Part shown: positions 45,665-60,011 of the stretch, piece after piece
Position numbering within the stretch: position 1 is the first letter of the stretch
How the letters are laid out: each line of letters starts with the position of its first letter
Assembly: GCA_049600935.1 (NCBI GenBank)
Contig: JBMYQB010000003.1
Coordinates: 9,113-73,112, forward strand
Origin: Poseidonia sp.
GTDB lineage: Archaea > Thermoplasmatota > Poseidoniia > Poseidoniales > Poseidoniaceae
Reading direction: 5' to 3'
Length of the DNA stretch: 64,000 nucleotides
Notes under the pieces: model-generated
What the model saw: the letters and a program-made list of their open reading frames with translations, nothing else
Database searches by the model: none
What the model was told of the DNA's origin: nothing
Position numbers and translations under genes: made by a program

Positions 45665-46207
45665 TCACGACCATCGGTGATACGCAGGGTGACCTTCCTT
45701 AACGGCCACAAAAAGACCGCTCCCCGTCGCACAGACCTTGCCGCCTGCTTCAAGTGTCAAACTCACTCGAACCCTGTCTTCGGAAACTTCCGTCGTTTGA
45801 CTCGAAACGATGAGCGGTTCACCCATCGGTGTAGGACGGCGGAGTTGAACATCGTAGGTGGCCGTCACCGTACACGGTGGTTCGTCCAGGCCCTGTTCAT
45901 CCATGAGCGCAATGGCGGCCGTCCAATTGCCGTGGCAATCGAGCAGGGTACCGATGATCCCGCCATTCACCATGCCCGGAAAGGCTTGATGATGGTCCTG
46001 CGGCGTGTATTCCATTCTCAGGCCGCCCTCGATGCGATAGGAATCGATTTGCAAGCCGTGCTCGTTCGCAGGTCCGCAACCAAAACAGATGGATGTCGGA
46101 GCATAGGTACGCTGAACGCCGTGTTCTGTCATGATGCGTCCAACCAACAGTCGCTTGATGGTTCTTCCCTCGTTGCGCAGCGGAGTGTTGATGATGGAGG
46201 CACGCAT
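45665..46207 (-). CDS. hotdog-fold thioesterase family protein
   Basis: C-terminal approx 180 aa of the track ORF 45665..46414. YTPQDHHQAFPGMVNGGIIGTLLDCHGNWTAA is the PaaI/4HBT-type hotdog helix motif. Start ambiguous (MRASI about 46207, or MTEHG about 46132). Overlaps SprT gene start by 1 nt after a 3-nt gap. Confidence 0.5.
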   Translation of the reverse strand: MRASIINTPLRNEGRTIKRLLVGRIMTEHGVQRTYAPTSICFGCGPANEHGLQIDSYRIEGGLRMEYTPQDHHQAFPGMVNGGIIGTLLDCHGNWTAAIALMDEQGLDEPPCTVTATYDVQLRRPTPMGEPLIVSSQTTEVSEDRVRVSLTLEAGGKVCATGSGLFVAVKEGHPAYHRWS

Positions 46208-46303
46208 GGAAGAATCATGGCCGGGCGGAAGAAGAAAACCGTCCGTAAAGTTCGGGTTGCTCACGAACTTCCAAAGCGCCGCCGGATGGCGATTGACGAA
46301 GCC

Positions 46304-47530
46304 ATGAAGGCGCATCAGACCGAAGACCGACCGGAGTGGGACAGGAGTTCTGAGTGGGGCGATGTGCGATTTTATCGCAAACGAATCAAGCCAGGAACCC
46401 TTCGAACGGTCCACCTCCCCCTGCTTGACGTCAATCTCGGCGATTCATGGCCCATTCCTGTCACCATCATTCACGGCGCTCGGCCCGGGCCATGCATCAC
46501 CATCTTGGGAGGCACCCACGGCGACGAATTGACTGGACCTTCAGCCTGCACCCACTTGCTCAGCAATGCGTTTACCGATGAAGGGAAGCCGCTCGACCCA
46601 AAGAGCATGGCTGGAACGCTTCGCATCGTTCCTGTGGTCAACCTTCCGGGCTATCGCATGAAATCAAGATACTTCCCCGACGGCCGAGACCTGAATCGCC
46701 AGTTCCCTGGCGACCCAGGAGGCTCAACGACTCGCCGAGTTGCCGACCAAGTATGGCGACATTTGGTTGAGGACAGCGACGGTATCATCGACCTGCACAG
46801 TGCGGCGAAGGGTCGCAAAAATATGCCACAGGTCCGGGTCGATTTGACGCATACAAGTTCCTACTTACTCGCTAAGTCCTTCGGAATTGAAATCATTCTT
46901 GATTCCATTCCACCAAAAGGTACACTTCGAAGGACGGCCAACAAAGCCGACATCCCCGTCATCACCTACGAGGGCGGCGGCGCCGATACCCTCGGCGACC
47001 AGTCCGTGAAAGTCGCCGTCCACGGCGTCATGAACGCCCTCCGTTCCATGCGCATGGTACCGGGCAATCCACAACGTCCGAAATTCCGTATCATGGCAAG
47101 CGGCTCCACATGGTTGCGAGCTGGAGAAGGTGGGCTGCTCGACATGTTCGTGCAGGCGGGCAGCGTCATGCGTGAAGGCGAGGTGGTCGCAACCATCTCC
47201 GACCCAGCAACGCCGGGCATGACCGTCGACATCGTCGCTCCGGAGGACGGTCTCATCATCGGTGCTGCCACCAACCCGTTTACGGCCGCAGGTATGCCCG
47301 TTGGGCATTTCCTTCCCATCTCCAAGCATTTCGGTTTACTTGAGGAGCAGATTGACGAGAACGGCCATTTCATCGTCAATGGAAGCCTCGAAGAACGTGT
47401 TTGGCGAGAGGAGCACGAAGTGAACGAAGTCTCGCTCGACGGTGAATGGAGCGGTGGCACGGTGGATTCAGAATGGGTCGGGTCCAAGCCAAACAGCGAT
47501 GAAAAGGACTTCGAAGAAGAAGCGGCTTGA
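46304..47530 (+). CDS. succinylglutamate desuccinylase/aspartoacylase (AstE/AspA) family zinc hydrolase
   Basis: C-terminal approx 400 aa of the track ORF 45317..47530. ILGGTHGDELTG zinc-binding motif. Downstream His/Glu ligands. C-terminal beta-barrel and an acidic tail. The N-terminal 330 aa of that ORF are antisense to two real genes and not homologous to anything, so the start is moved to MAIDEAM/MKAHQ (about 46304-46322). Confidence 0.6.
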   Translation: MKAHQTEDRPEWDRSSEWGDVRFYRKRIKPGTLRTVHLPLLDVNLGDSWPIPVTIIHGARPGPCITILGGTHGDELTGPSACTHLLSNAFTDEGKPLDPKSMAGTLRIVPVVNLPGYRMKSRYFPDGRDLNRQFPGDPGGSTTRRVADQVWRHLVEDSDGIIDLHSAAKGRKNMPQVRVDLTHTSSYLLAKSFGIEIILDSIPPKGTLRRTANKADIPVITYEGGGADTLGDQSVKVAVHGVMNALRSMRMVPGNPQRPKFRIMASGSTWLRAGEGGLLDMFVQAGSVMREGEVVATISDPATPGMTVDIVAPEDGLIIGAATNPFTAAGMPVGHFLPISKHFGLLEEQIDENGHFIVNGSLEERVWREEHEVNEVSLDGEWSGGTVDSEWVGSKPNSDEKDFEEEAA

Positions 47531-48847
47531 TCACGACGAACCAAAGGCTGCCACCGCTGCGTGAATTTCCTCATCCCGCATGTTTCGCTTTTGGCTCTTT
47601 GCAACTTCGAAGAGGTGAGCGACAAGGTCGTCCGTGGCTTCGATGCCTTGTTGCTCCAACCACCAGATGATGTTCGAACGACCAGACATGTGCCCGATAC
47701 GAATGACTTGCTTCAATCCAAAGTCGCCAGCAGGGACCCCGGAATAGACGCGGTCGGCCAGCCAATCGTCGCCTTTTCGCATGGCCTTGATGACGGCGGA
47801 GGCGTGCACACCTGTTCCTGTTTCAAAGGCATCCTCGCCAAACACAGGATAGTTGCGTGGAAGCGGGACCTCGATGTATTCGTTCGCCTTCTGCATGTAG
47901 GTGTCAAGAAGGGTCAAGTCGTTGTCGATGACACCCATCAACTTGAGGTTGACCAGGGTCTGGTCGAGCGGTGCGTTGCCCGCTCGTTCTCCGACACCGA
48001 GGGCCGTGCCGTGAATCACATCGGCACCGGCTTCAACCGCAGCGATGTTGTTCGCCACGCCAAGTCCTCGGTCTTGGTGGCCGTGCCAGTTGACCTCGAT
48101 GTCTCGGCGTTGATAGCCAGCATCCTTGATGACCTCCTCATCAATGAAGGCGAGGAGTTTCTTCACACCGTTTGGCGTGACGTGGCCGCAGGTGTCGCAA
48201 ACGCAGAGCCGTCGAACACCGAGTTCCATGGCTCGCTGATAGATCATCTTCACGTCTTCGGGATTCGAACGGGTCGTGTCCTCGGTGACAAACATCACCG
48301 GGACGTCGTTCTCAACTGCGTATGAAACGGCTTTTTCCATGGTCGTGATGAGTTTCTCCATGGTCCATCCCTCGGTGTACTGGCGGATTGGACTGGTGCC
48401 GAGGAAGGCCGAGGCCTGGATTTCCATCTCGTGCTTGGCTTGCATCTCTACCAGAGGTTCAATGTCGCCCATCAGGGTGCGAACCGCTGCACCGGGTCGG
48501 ATGGAATAGTCGTTTTCGCTGATGTGCGTCAGCATGGCATCGATGTGATTACGATGGAACGGACCGGCACCGGGAAGACCCAAATCCACTTTTTGGAGAC
48601 CGAGTTTTTCCATGTATCCGAGGAGTTCGATCTTCTGCTCAATGGTTGGGTTACGCGCACTCGGGCTCTGCAAACCATCACGAAGTGTTTCGTCGTCAAA
48701 CCACACGCCGTGCGGATGGTTTGAAGCATCTCGCTTGAAGTCGTATTCAACCGTGTTCCAATCGTAAATCAAAGAACGCTCGTCCATCAATCTCACCGCT
48801 GAAGCGAAGACCCCCAGCACGCTTGAGAACACGCCTTCCCGTTTCAA
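47531..48847 (-). CDS. 2-isopropylmalate synthase / homocitrate synthase family protein (LeuA-like, DRE-TIM aldolase)
   Basis: 438-aa ORF. DETLRDGLQSP. Metal-binding HGHQDRGLGVANNIAAVEAGA of the HMGL-like family. Long N-terminal extension as in the actinobacterial-type LeuA. Confidence 0.7.
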   Translation of the reverse strand: MKREGVFSSVLGVFASAVRLMDERSLIYDWNTVEYDFKRDASNHPHGVWFDDETLRDGLQSPSARNPTIEQKIELLGYMEKLGLQKVDLGLPGAGPFHRNHIDAMLTHISENDYSIRPGAAVRTLMGDIEPLVEMQAKHEMEIQASAFLGTSPIRQYTEGWTMEKLITTMEKAVSYAVENDVPVMFVTEDTTRSNPEDVKMIYQRAMELGVRRLCVCDTCGHVTPNGVKKLLAFIDEEVIKDAGYQRRDIEVNWHGHQDRGLGVANNIAAVEAGADVIHGTALGVGERAGNAPLDQTLVNLKLMGVIDNDLTLLDTYMQKANEYIEVPLPRNYPVFGEDAFETGTGVHASAVIKAMRKGDDWLADRVYSGVPAGDFGLKQVIRIGHMSGRSNIIWWLEQQGIEATDDLVAHLFEVAKSQKRNMRDEEIHAAVAAFGSS

Positions 48848-48898
48848 TGCGTCGCTTCACCGCCTTGCAGGTGAAGGAGGCGCAACATCAGGGCTGCT

Positions 48899-53741
<4,843 letters not shown>

Positions 53742-53838
53742 TCAAAGGTTGAAATCGACCAAAAACCGAATGTTTTGGAGCGGAGGAGATGGCGAGGGGA
53801 TGCGTGAGCGTTAAGAAGAGGGCACAAATGGAGCGTTC

Positions 53839-54636
53839 ATGGCTGACCCAAAAGTGTGCGTCTCGTTGGAAGGCACGACCGTGAAGCAAATGGCTGATGA
53901 AGCGGCCCGGGCTAACTTGGCAGGAGCCGATTTCGTTGAGGTCAGGTTTGACCGATTGTACCTCAAACAACCCGAAGCGGAAGCCGTTGAAGACGAGAAC
54001 GGTGAGGTCAAGCACGTCATGCCACCGGACAGCGAATGGCCCGTGCGAGACCTGGAGAGCATTGATGTCGATGAATCCATTCAGAGCCTCAAGGAAAGCA
54101 TCCCGCTCCCCGTTATCTTCACCGTCCGCCCGCTTGATGAAGGCGGTCATTATCCAGGAGATGAGGACAGCAGGATGTCCATTCTCGGAAAGGCCATCGA
54201 ATCGGGCGTGAACTCGATTGATCTGGAACTCTCCATCGGCGATAAGGCCCGTTCTACCTTGGTGGAACAAGCCACCTCCGCCAAGGTGAACATCATCTCT
54301 TCAATTCACAACACGACCACCACGCCAAGTGCTGAGGAACTTGTGAACATGGTGAATGAACACGCCAAAGACGGCGAGATTTTCAAATTCTGCGGGACCG
54401 TGAACGATCATCAGGATGCGTTGCAAATCGTTGAGGCCAGCCACGAATTGAAGACGACTTCCCACGCCTACTCAATGATGGCGCTCGGCAACGGCGGTGA
54501 TTGGGCTCGCCTTCACGCACCGGTCTTGGGCCAATCTCTGGTCTACGCCACCTTGCGCTCAGAATTCAAGTTGTCCAACAAGGGACTCGTCAACATTCGA
54601 GATCTCAAGAATGCCTGGGCACTCATGGAGTATTGA
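53839..54636 (+). CDS. aroD: 3-dehydroquinate dehydratase, type I (AroD)
   Basis: 265-aa ORF. TIM-barrel AroD-like pattern: CVSLEGTTVKQM...ADFVEVRFD near the N-terminus, catalytic region around IISSIHNTTTTPS, Lys-containing FKFCGT region. Confidence 0.6.
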   Translation: MADPKVCVSLEGTTVKQMADEAARANLAGADFVEVRFDRLYLKQPEAEAVEDENGEVKHVMPPDSEWPVRDLESIDVDESIQSLKESIPLPVIFTVRPLDEGGHYPGDEDSRMSILGKAIESGVNSIDLELSIGDKARSTLVEQATSAKVNIISSIHNTTTTPSAEELVNMVNEHAKDGEIFKFCGTVNDHQDALQIVEASHELKTTSHAYSMMALGNGGDWARLHAPVLGQSLVYATLRSEFKLSNKGLVNIRDLKNAWALMEY

Positions 54637-55672
54637 GGCCTTCCTCTGGCGCTGAAACAGTCTGCTGTTCCAGATATGGAACCGATGCCTCCTTTACAGG
54701 CGCTGAACCATCCAATCCAGCCTCCATGTACCGTTTATTGAGTACCACAGGCACCACCACAACAGCTGCCAAGGCGACAAAGAGCGTCAGCGGAACCGTC
54801 CAAGGTGGAAGGAGGGCCGTGCGTTCGGTCGGTATCACCGTCACATCGGCGACAAGCACACGGTTGGTTGCGCCTGCATCACCGTCATTGGTGTTGTCCC
54901 AGGCATCAATGACGAGGTAGAAATCCTGCCATTCCGAGCCGCCAAACAGAGCGGTGTACACCTCGGGGCTGTCCAACGCCACCGAGAAGGTCGCTTGCTG
55001 TCGCGATTCATACTGATGCGCATCCCTGTACGTTTGCCAACCAAGCGGATTGAAACTTCGCCATTCCGGAGGTATATCGCTCAAAAGATTCGAATCGCCC
55101 CCAGCGAGGTCGAGGTCGTCCCACCACCATCCCCCGTGCATCATCCGGTAGACTTCTTGGTAGGAATCGTACTGAGAGGTGGTCATGAGGTAGACGTCCC
55201 CGTCCGCTGGCACCGTTTGGTTGTCAACGAGCGTGAACAGCGAGATGCAGAAGGTTGTACGGTGGGCGCTTGAGAGGTTGAAGCGCAGCACGCCAGCGCT
55301 GTCGTTGCCAACCTGCATCGTAGCGTATTGCCCGGTTGTCAATGGTTCAAGGGTTGGTAAGGGCCAAACGGGATTGTACATCCAAGACTCCTCAGGATGA
55401 AGAAGCGGGTCAAGTTCACCCGTGGACGCAACAGGTGCTCGACTCCCTTTGCCATCTTCCATGTCGTCCTCGTACATTTCTTCGAACATGAATGGACTTC
55501 CCCAAACACCGTGGGGCACCAGAGCAAGGCGTTGAGCCGTCGTGTTCCATTCTGGAGCGACCACTTCCCCTTCACAGGCCGTGGCAGCTTGAACGGGTTG
55601 GACCACGGCAAACGACGAAGAAAACAAACAAGCGACGAGCAGGAAGAGCGTCGCAAACGTCCCCGCCCTCAT
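54623..55672 (-). CDS. hypothetical secreted protein with C-terminal membrane anchor
   Basis: 349-aa ORF. Signal peptide MRAGTFATLFLLVACLFSSSFAVVQPVQA. Trp/Tyr/Asp-rich ectodomain. C-terminal TM LTLFVALAAVVVVPVVL followed by a short cytoplasmic tail. Confidence 0.4.
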   Translation of the reverse strand: MRAGTFATLFLLVACLFSSSFAVVQPVQAATACEGEVVAPEWNTTAQRLALVPHGVWGSPFMFEEMYEDDMEDGKGSRAPVASTGELDPLLHPEESWMYNPVWPLPTLEPLTTGQYATMQVGNDSAGVLRFNLSSAHRTTFCISLFTLVDNQTVPADGDVYLMTTSQYDSYQEVYRMMHGGWWWDDLDLAGGDSNLLSDIPPEWRSFNPLGWQTYRDAHQYESRQQATFSVALDSPEVYTALFGGSEWQDFYLVIDAWDNTNDGDAGATNRVLVADVTVIPTERTALLPPWTVPLTLFVALAAVVVVPVVLNKRYMEAGLDGSAPVKEASVPYLEQQTVSAPEEGLNTP

Positions 55673-55718
55673 GCCATCACCAGTCCAAGGTGGTCGCCGT
55701 CGGCTTTAGGACATTGCC

Positions 55719-58700
55719 TCAACGGCGTCGTAGCGGACGAACATATCCGCTGTCATCGCTACGCCGCTCGTCCTTGGAAAGAATCTTCGGCGCCGGAGGC
55801 GGCATGTGGTGGTCCATTCCGAGAAGACCACCTTGCGTTTCGACGTGCTCAATGTCGGTGTACGTTTCAGCGGCCTCTTTCGCCTCTTCTTCGATGGAGG
55901 AAGGTTCGCGCATGACCAACCAGCCCAAGATGAGAGCCACAACGATGAGGGCGATGAAGGTGGCCAGTTCAGAGCCGGCATCGGCCAACCATGACTTCCA
56001 TTCTTCGGCGCTAAACTCTGAGAGCGAGGGGGGGCCTTCTGGTTCTGGAACAACTTCAATGTCCTCCGTGAGGGTATCGCACTGACCCATGCCATCGCAA
56101 ACCTCCACAAGGACGGTGTAGTAGCCCGTCGCCTCCCACGTGTTGATGGTTCTCACCGAGGAACCGGCAATGGGCGTAACCCAGTCGTTCATCGAATCCC
56201 CGTCTTCATTCAAATCGCTTTCAATGTCGAAATCCCAACGTACGGTAAATTCGGTCAAAATTCGCTCGTCCCGTTCGGTGATGGAACCGTCTTCAACATC
56301 CAAGTCGCGGTAAATCTCCATCTCCATGCCCGATTCTGTGTCAAAGACATCGGCATCGAAGGAAATCGATGAGCCTGCGAAGATGTTCTCCGGAACGTAA
56401 ATTTCTCGTGCCTCTGGAGGATGATCGACGATGACCGTGAAGGTTTGTCTGGTCACATCACCCGTGCCAAAACCGTCCCTGACCGTTAGGGACACGATGT
56501 AGGTCCCCGGCAAGGTATAGGCGTGCCACGGAGTGGCTTCGTGAACCAGAGGCGTAGCGTCTCCAAAGTCCCAGGTGTACTGAACCAGGCCGTTCCAATC
56601 CGGTGATTCCGTTTCAAATGGAACGTATTTTCCTTCAAACTGACGGTCGCCGTCTCGGGTTCCTGAAGAGTCGAAATACAGCATGCGTTCGGGGGCGGTC
56701 ACGACCGCTCCGTCTTCGTTGAAGGTGTGCGACCATCCATCGGGGACGGAGCCCTCAGGGAAGACCGTGGAGGTGGTGATGAGTTCACCGCCGATGTAGC
56801 CGTCGAGGATTCGAACTTGGATGATGGGCAACGGATTGGCGATTCGAACCGTCATGGTGCGAGCAAAACTCTCTGCACCGGCTTTGTCGGTGACCACGAG
56901 CGTGACCGTGTGAACGCCGGGCGTGGTGAACGTGTGGGTGACTTGAGGGCGATCGCCGAAGGTCCCGTCGGAAAAGGTCCAATTCCACACCTCGATGTCG
57001 GTTGAGTCGCCGATGGTACCATCCGGATCGCTGCTGTCAAGGCCGTCAAACACATAGGCGGTGTCAACTTCACCGTCTTCCTCACGGAAATCGATTTCTC
57101 GAGAGCCCATGGCGGAAAGGGTGCGCACATCAAAGGTGGCCACCGGCATTTGGTTCAGAACGACGATGGTCAAAACGGCGGAGACTTGGCTGCCGTCGTC
57201 GTCGGTGACCGTGAGCGACACGGTCTTGTTTCCTGGGACGTCCCAAGCGACAATCGGGTTGGTTGCACTGCTGGTGATTTGCGAGAAATCGTCGCCTCTG
57301 GACGGCGTTCCGGTTCCAATTCGTACACCGTCAGGGAAGGACCAATCGTAGGTCAAAATCTCACCGTCTTCGTCAACGAAGACATCGGGGAGCACCAAAC
57401 TTGTGTAGGTCATGGTGGTCAATTGTTCAGCAAAGATTTGCACAGGGACCCGGTTGTTGATGTGAACCTGGATGGTTTTCATGCCTGCGTTGATGCCGTC
57501 TGAGACGGTCAATGTCAAGTTGAACGTGGCGGTTTCGCCGTTGATGTCGTCCCACTCGTGTTGTTGGGAATAGGCGCCGATTCCACCGCTCGCCGTGCCG
57601 TCTCCCCAGTCCCATTGGAAGTCAAGATGCTGGATGGGAACGTTATCGCTGGTCCGTCCTGCGGAGAAGAGAATACGCTGTCCAGTCAGCAGGGTGATGT
57701 TGTCTTCGATGATGACGTTGTTCACCGTGATGATAGGGAAGGGTTCGGTTACGTCGCTGACGTTGATGGGATGCACTTGGGTCTCGGACCACGTTCCGCC
57801 ACGGTCTTGGACTCGCAACGTGGCGTTGTACGAGCCAACCGTCGTGTAGGAGCGCAACGGGGACTTCAGATTGGATGAGCCGTTGTCTCCAAACACCCAT
57901 GCGTAAGCAGTGGGCGCATCGAGATACGGCAGGCTGTTGTTGCTCAAGGAAAGCCCCCAAGCATCAAATCCAGCGCCCAAGAACTGGATGTTTTCCCAAG
58001 TTTGAACGTCCGTGAGAGAAACACTACCGTTGGCGACTGGCTTCATGTTGTTCAGCATTTGAGGCGAGGTTTGCAGCGTATCAACAACATCGCCAAGCAT
58101 GTCCTTCATCACCATCTCAAAGGAGTACTGGTCTGCCAACGGTGCCGTGAAGTAGACCTGCCCGTCAACCGAAACACCGCCGCCTGCGGCCACACGATCC
58201 GTGATGGAATCAACCAGTTGCCCGCTGCTGTCTCGGACATGAACCTCAACGTCCAGGTCCTCAAAGAAGGCGTTGGAGAGGACACCGTAGTTGATTTCGA
58301 CCGTGTCTTCCATCCCGTCTCCGTCTCTGTCAGACAACTGTGTGGTGTTTAACGAGAGGGTAGCTGGCGAAGTGATGCGGGCGGCTTCAATGTCAACGGT
58401 GCCCTCGGGGTAAGCCGGCCCACAGGACGTGTAATCACAGTCAGCGATGGTGGAGGCGTACCAGGTGATAACCCATACCTCGTCCGTGAGGTTCCCAAAG
58501 CCCGGAACCAAACCTGTGGCGACGTTGTTCACGAAATCGAGGTCCGTGACGCTCCACAAGCCGTCCGAAACTGCCTTTGTGACGATGACACCATCGAATT
58601 GGCTCTTGTCAGCCGTTAGCCGGAGGGTAAGCGGCGCTGGAGAGGCGCTTCCCGGTGTGAACTGGAACGAACGAATACCCCAACCTTCGAGTGTGTTTCC

Positions 58701-59933
58701 AGTTGAGGACCACGGCGTGGACCAGTCGCTGTTCACTTCAGTGGGCTGGGCGCGACAGAAGGCCCCGCTCGTGCAGACCGGATTGAGGTCAAGGTTAGGA
58801 TAACCGTAGATGCCCTGATCTGAATCAAGGGTTGCGGCAATGCTGAAATTTGCGAAAATCTCACCCATGGTGCGACCCAGCAAACCGACTTGCCCTGCTT
58901 GGGGTGAAAGGGCGAGGTTCTCAACCCCACGTCCGCCCGTCGCTGAGTCTTGGACGAGTTGACGAACAGCAGGGCCGCCGCCGAGGTGTTCAGCCAAGTA
59001 CATGGTGAAGAGATACCCTGCACCGTAGTCAGCAATACGCTGGTTCCACCATCGCACGGATTGTTCCGGGGCGCCCGTCCACGCGTTGACGTGTCCCCTC
59101 AGGGTCGAGTCTGCGCCAAAGCACAGGTAGATGGCGACGTCTGCGTTGCCCTCGTCAATCCAGAGATTTTCATACGGGTCAAGTGCGTTGTGAAGCAAAT
59201 GCTCGAGTTCGTGAGCAAGAATAGAGCGACCCCACGAGAGCGTGATGTCGGCAAAATCAACGAAGACCGCTTCTCTTGAGGAAGCGAAGGACGGTGCAAA
59301 GTAGCCACCGGTGTTGTAAGCGCCGTCGATATCGTAGATGATGATCTGAACCTGACAGTTGTTGTCCACATCGGGCGGAGCGAGTCCTCGCCCGTCTTGG
59401 TAATCCTTGCCGTAATAGGTGGTCATCGTCGGGTAGATGGTCGAATCCCACGTGCTCGCAAGGTTGTTGAGCACGGTCGACGAAAGAGTTCGGCCGCTCT
59501 GGACGATGAACGCCACAGAGTTGGTGGTCTTGGCCACGTAAGCCGAGATGGAGCCACCGGCCGTGGGCACGGTGAGCGCATCGTTGACAGCATGAGGCGT
59601 GCATGCTCGCCCGCTGGAACGGCCCATGGACGGTTCAATCACCATCTGGTCAACACCCGGCCGACCTGCGTCAATCCAGGCCTGACGCATGAATTGAGTG
59701 GCGGAGACAACGGGCTCCTCTTCGTGAATAAACAAATACTCACTTCCTTCACTGGGGTTGAATTCTTCAAGATCTCCGATGATGACGCCCCCTGCGTTAT
59801 AGGCCGGTGTGCTGTCCGTTTCGTCGGCGCCTTGCGCGGCCACGGAGAGGAGGAGAGGGGCGGTACTTGAGAAGACCATCAGGAGGACAAAGAGAAGTGC
59901 TGGAGTGGAGCGTCGTTCCGACATATGAAACAC
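55719..59933 (-). CDS. giant cell-surface zinc metalloprotease with multiple PKD/Ig-like repeats and C-terminal TM anchor
   Basis: 1404-aa ORF. Signal peptide (ALLFVLLMVFSSTAPLLLSVAAQG). Gluzincin motif ILAHELEHLLHNALDPYENLWIDEGNAD (HExxH plus Glu about 20 aa downstream). At least four PKD-like repeats (e.g. WDFGDATPLVHEATPWHAYTLPGTYIVSLTVRDGFG, WNWTFSDGTFGDRPQVTHTFTTPGVHTVTLVVTDKAG). C-terminal TM FIALIVVALILGWLV and a cytoplasmic tail. Confidence 0.7.
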   Translation of the reverse strand: MFHMSERRSTPALLFVLLMVFSSTAPLLLSVAAQGADETDSTPAYNAGGVIIGDLEEFNPSEGSEYLFIHEEEPVVSATQFMRQAWIDAGRPGVDQMVIEPSMGRSSGRACTPHAVNDALTVPTAGGSISAYVAKTTNSVAFIVQSGRTLSSTVLNNLASTWDSTIYPTMTTYYGKDYQDGRGLAPPDVDNNCQVQIIIYDIDGAYNTGGYFAPSFASSREAVFVDFADITLSWGRSILAHELEHLLHNALDPYENLWIDEGNADVAIYLCFGADSTLRGHVNAWTGAPEQSVRWWNQRIADYGAGYLFTMYLAEHLGGGPAVRQLVQDSATGGRGVENLALSPQAGQVGLLGRTMGEIFANFSIAATLDSDQGIYGYPNLDLNPVCTSGAFCRAQPTEVNSDWSTPWSSTGNTLEGWGIRSFQFTPGSASPAPLTLRLTADKSQFDGVIVTKAVSDGLWSVTDLDFVNNVATGLVPGFGNLTDEVWVITWYASTIADCDYTSCGPAYPEGTVDIEAARITSPATLSLNTTQLSDRDGDGMEDTVEINYGVLSNAFFEDLDVEVHVRDSSGQLVDSITDRVAAGGGVSVDGQVYFTAPLADQYSFEMVMKDMLGDVVDTLQTSPQMLNNMKPVANGSVSLTDVQTWENIQFLGAGFDAWGLSLSNNSLPYLDAPTAYAWVFGDNGSSNLKSPLRSYTTVGSYNATLRVQDRGGTWSETQVHPINVSDVTEPFPIITVNNVIIEDNITLLTGQRILFSAGRTSDNVPIQHLDFQWDWGDGTASGGIGAYSQQHEWDDINGETATFNLTLTVSDGINAGMKTIQVHINNRVPVQIFAEQLTTMTYTSLVLPDVFVDEDGEILTYDWSFPDGVRIGTGTPSRGDDFSQITSSATNPIVAWDVPGNKTVSLTVTDDDGSQVSAVLTIVVLNQMPVATFDVRTLSAMGSREIDFREEDGEVDTAYVFDGLDSSDPDGTIGDSTDIEVWNWTFSDGTFGDRPQVTHTFTTPGVHTVTLVVTDKAGAESFARTMTVRIANPLPIIQVRILDGYIGGELITTSTVFPEGSVPDGWSHTFNEDGAVVTAPERMLYFDSSGTRDGDRQFEGKYVPFETESPDWNGLVQYTWDFGDATPLVHEATPWHAYTLPGTYIVSLTVRDGFGTGDVTRQTFTVIVDHPPEAREIYVPENIFAGSSISFDADVFDTESGMEMEIYRDLDVEDGSITERDERILTEFTVRWDFDIESDLNEDGDSMNDWVTPIAGSSVRTINTWEATGYYTVLVEVCDGMGQCDTLTEDIEVVPEPEGPPSLSEFSAEEWKSWLADAGSELATFIALIVVALILGWLVMREPSSIEEEAKEAAETYTDIEHVETQGGLLGMDHHMPPPAPKILSKDERRSDDSGYVRPLRRR

Positions 59934-60011
59934 CTAGAAGAATCGTCGCACTGATTCCCATTCCCACGAGAAGAAAGGAGGTATTTAAGAGTCCGTGGTT
60001 GAGGCATCACC

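Noticed and set aside
45317-46303. N-terminal 330 codons of the 737-aa plus-strand ORF 45317..47530
   Set aside because: This portion is antisense to the SprT-like and thioesterase genes and has Arg/His-rich low-complexity composition with no motif. Only the C-terminal AstE/AspA-like part (from about 46304) looks real. Long open antisense frames are expected in high-GC DNA.
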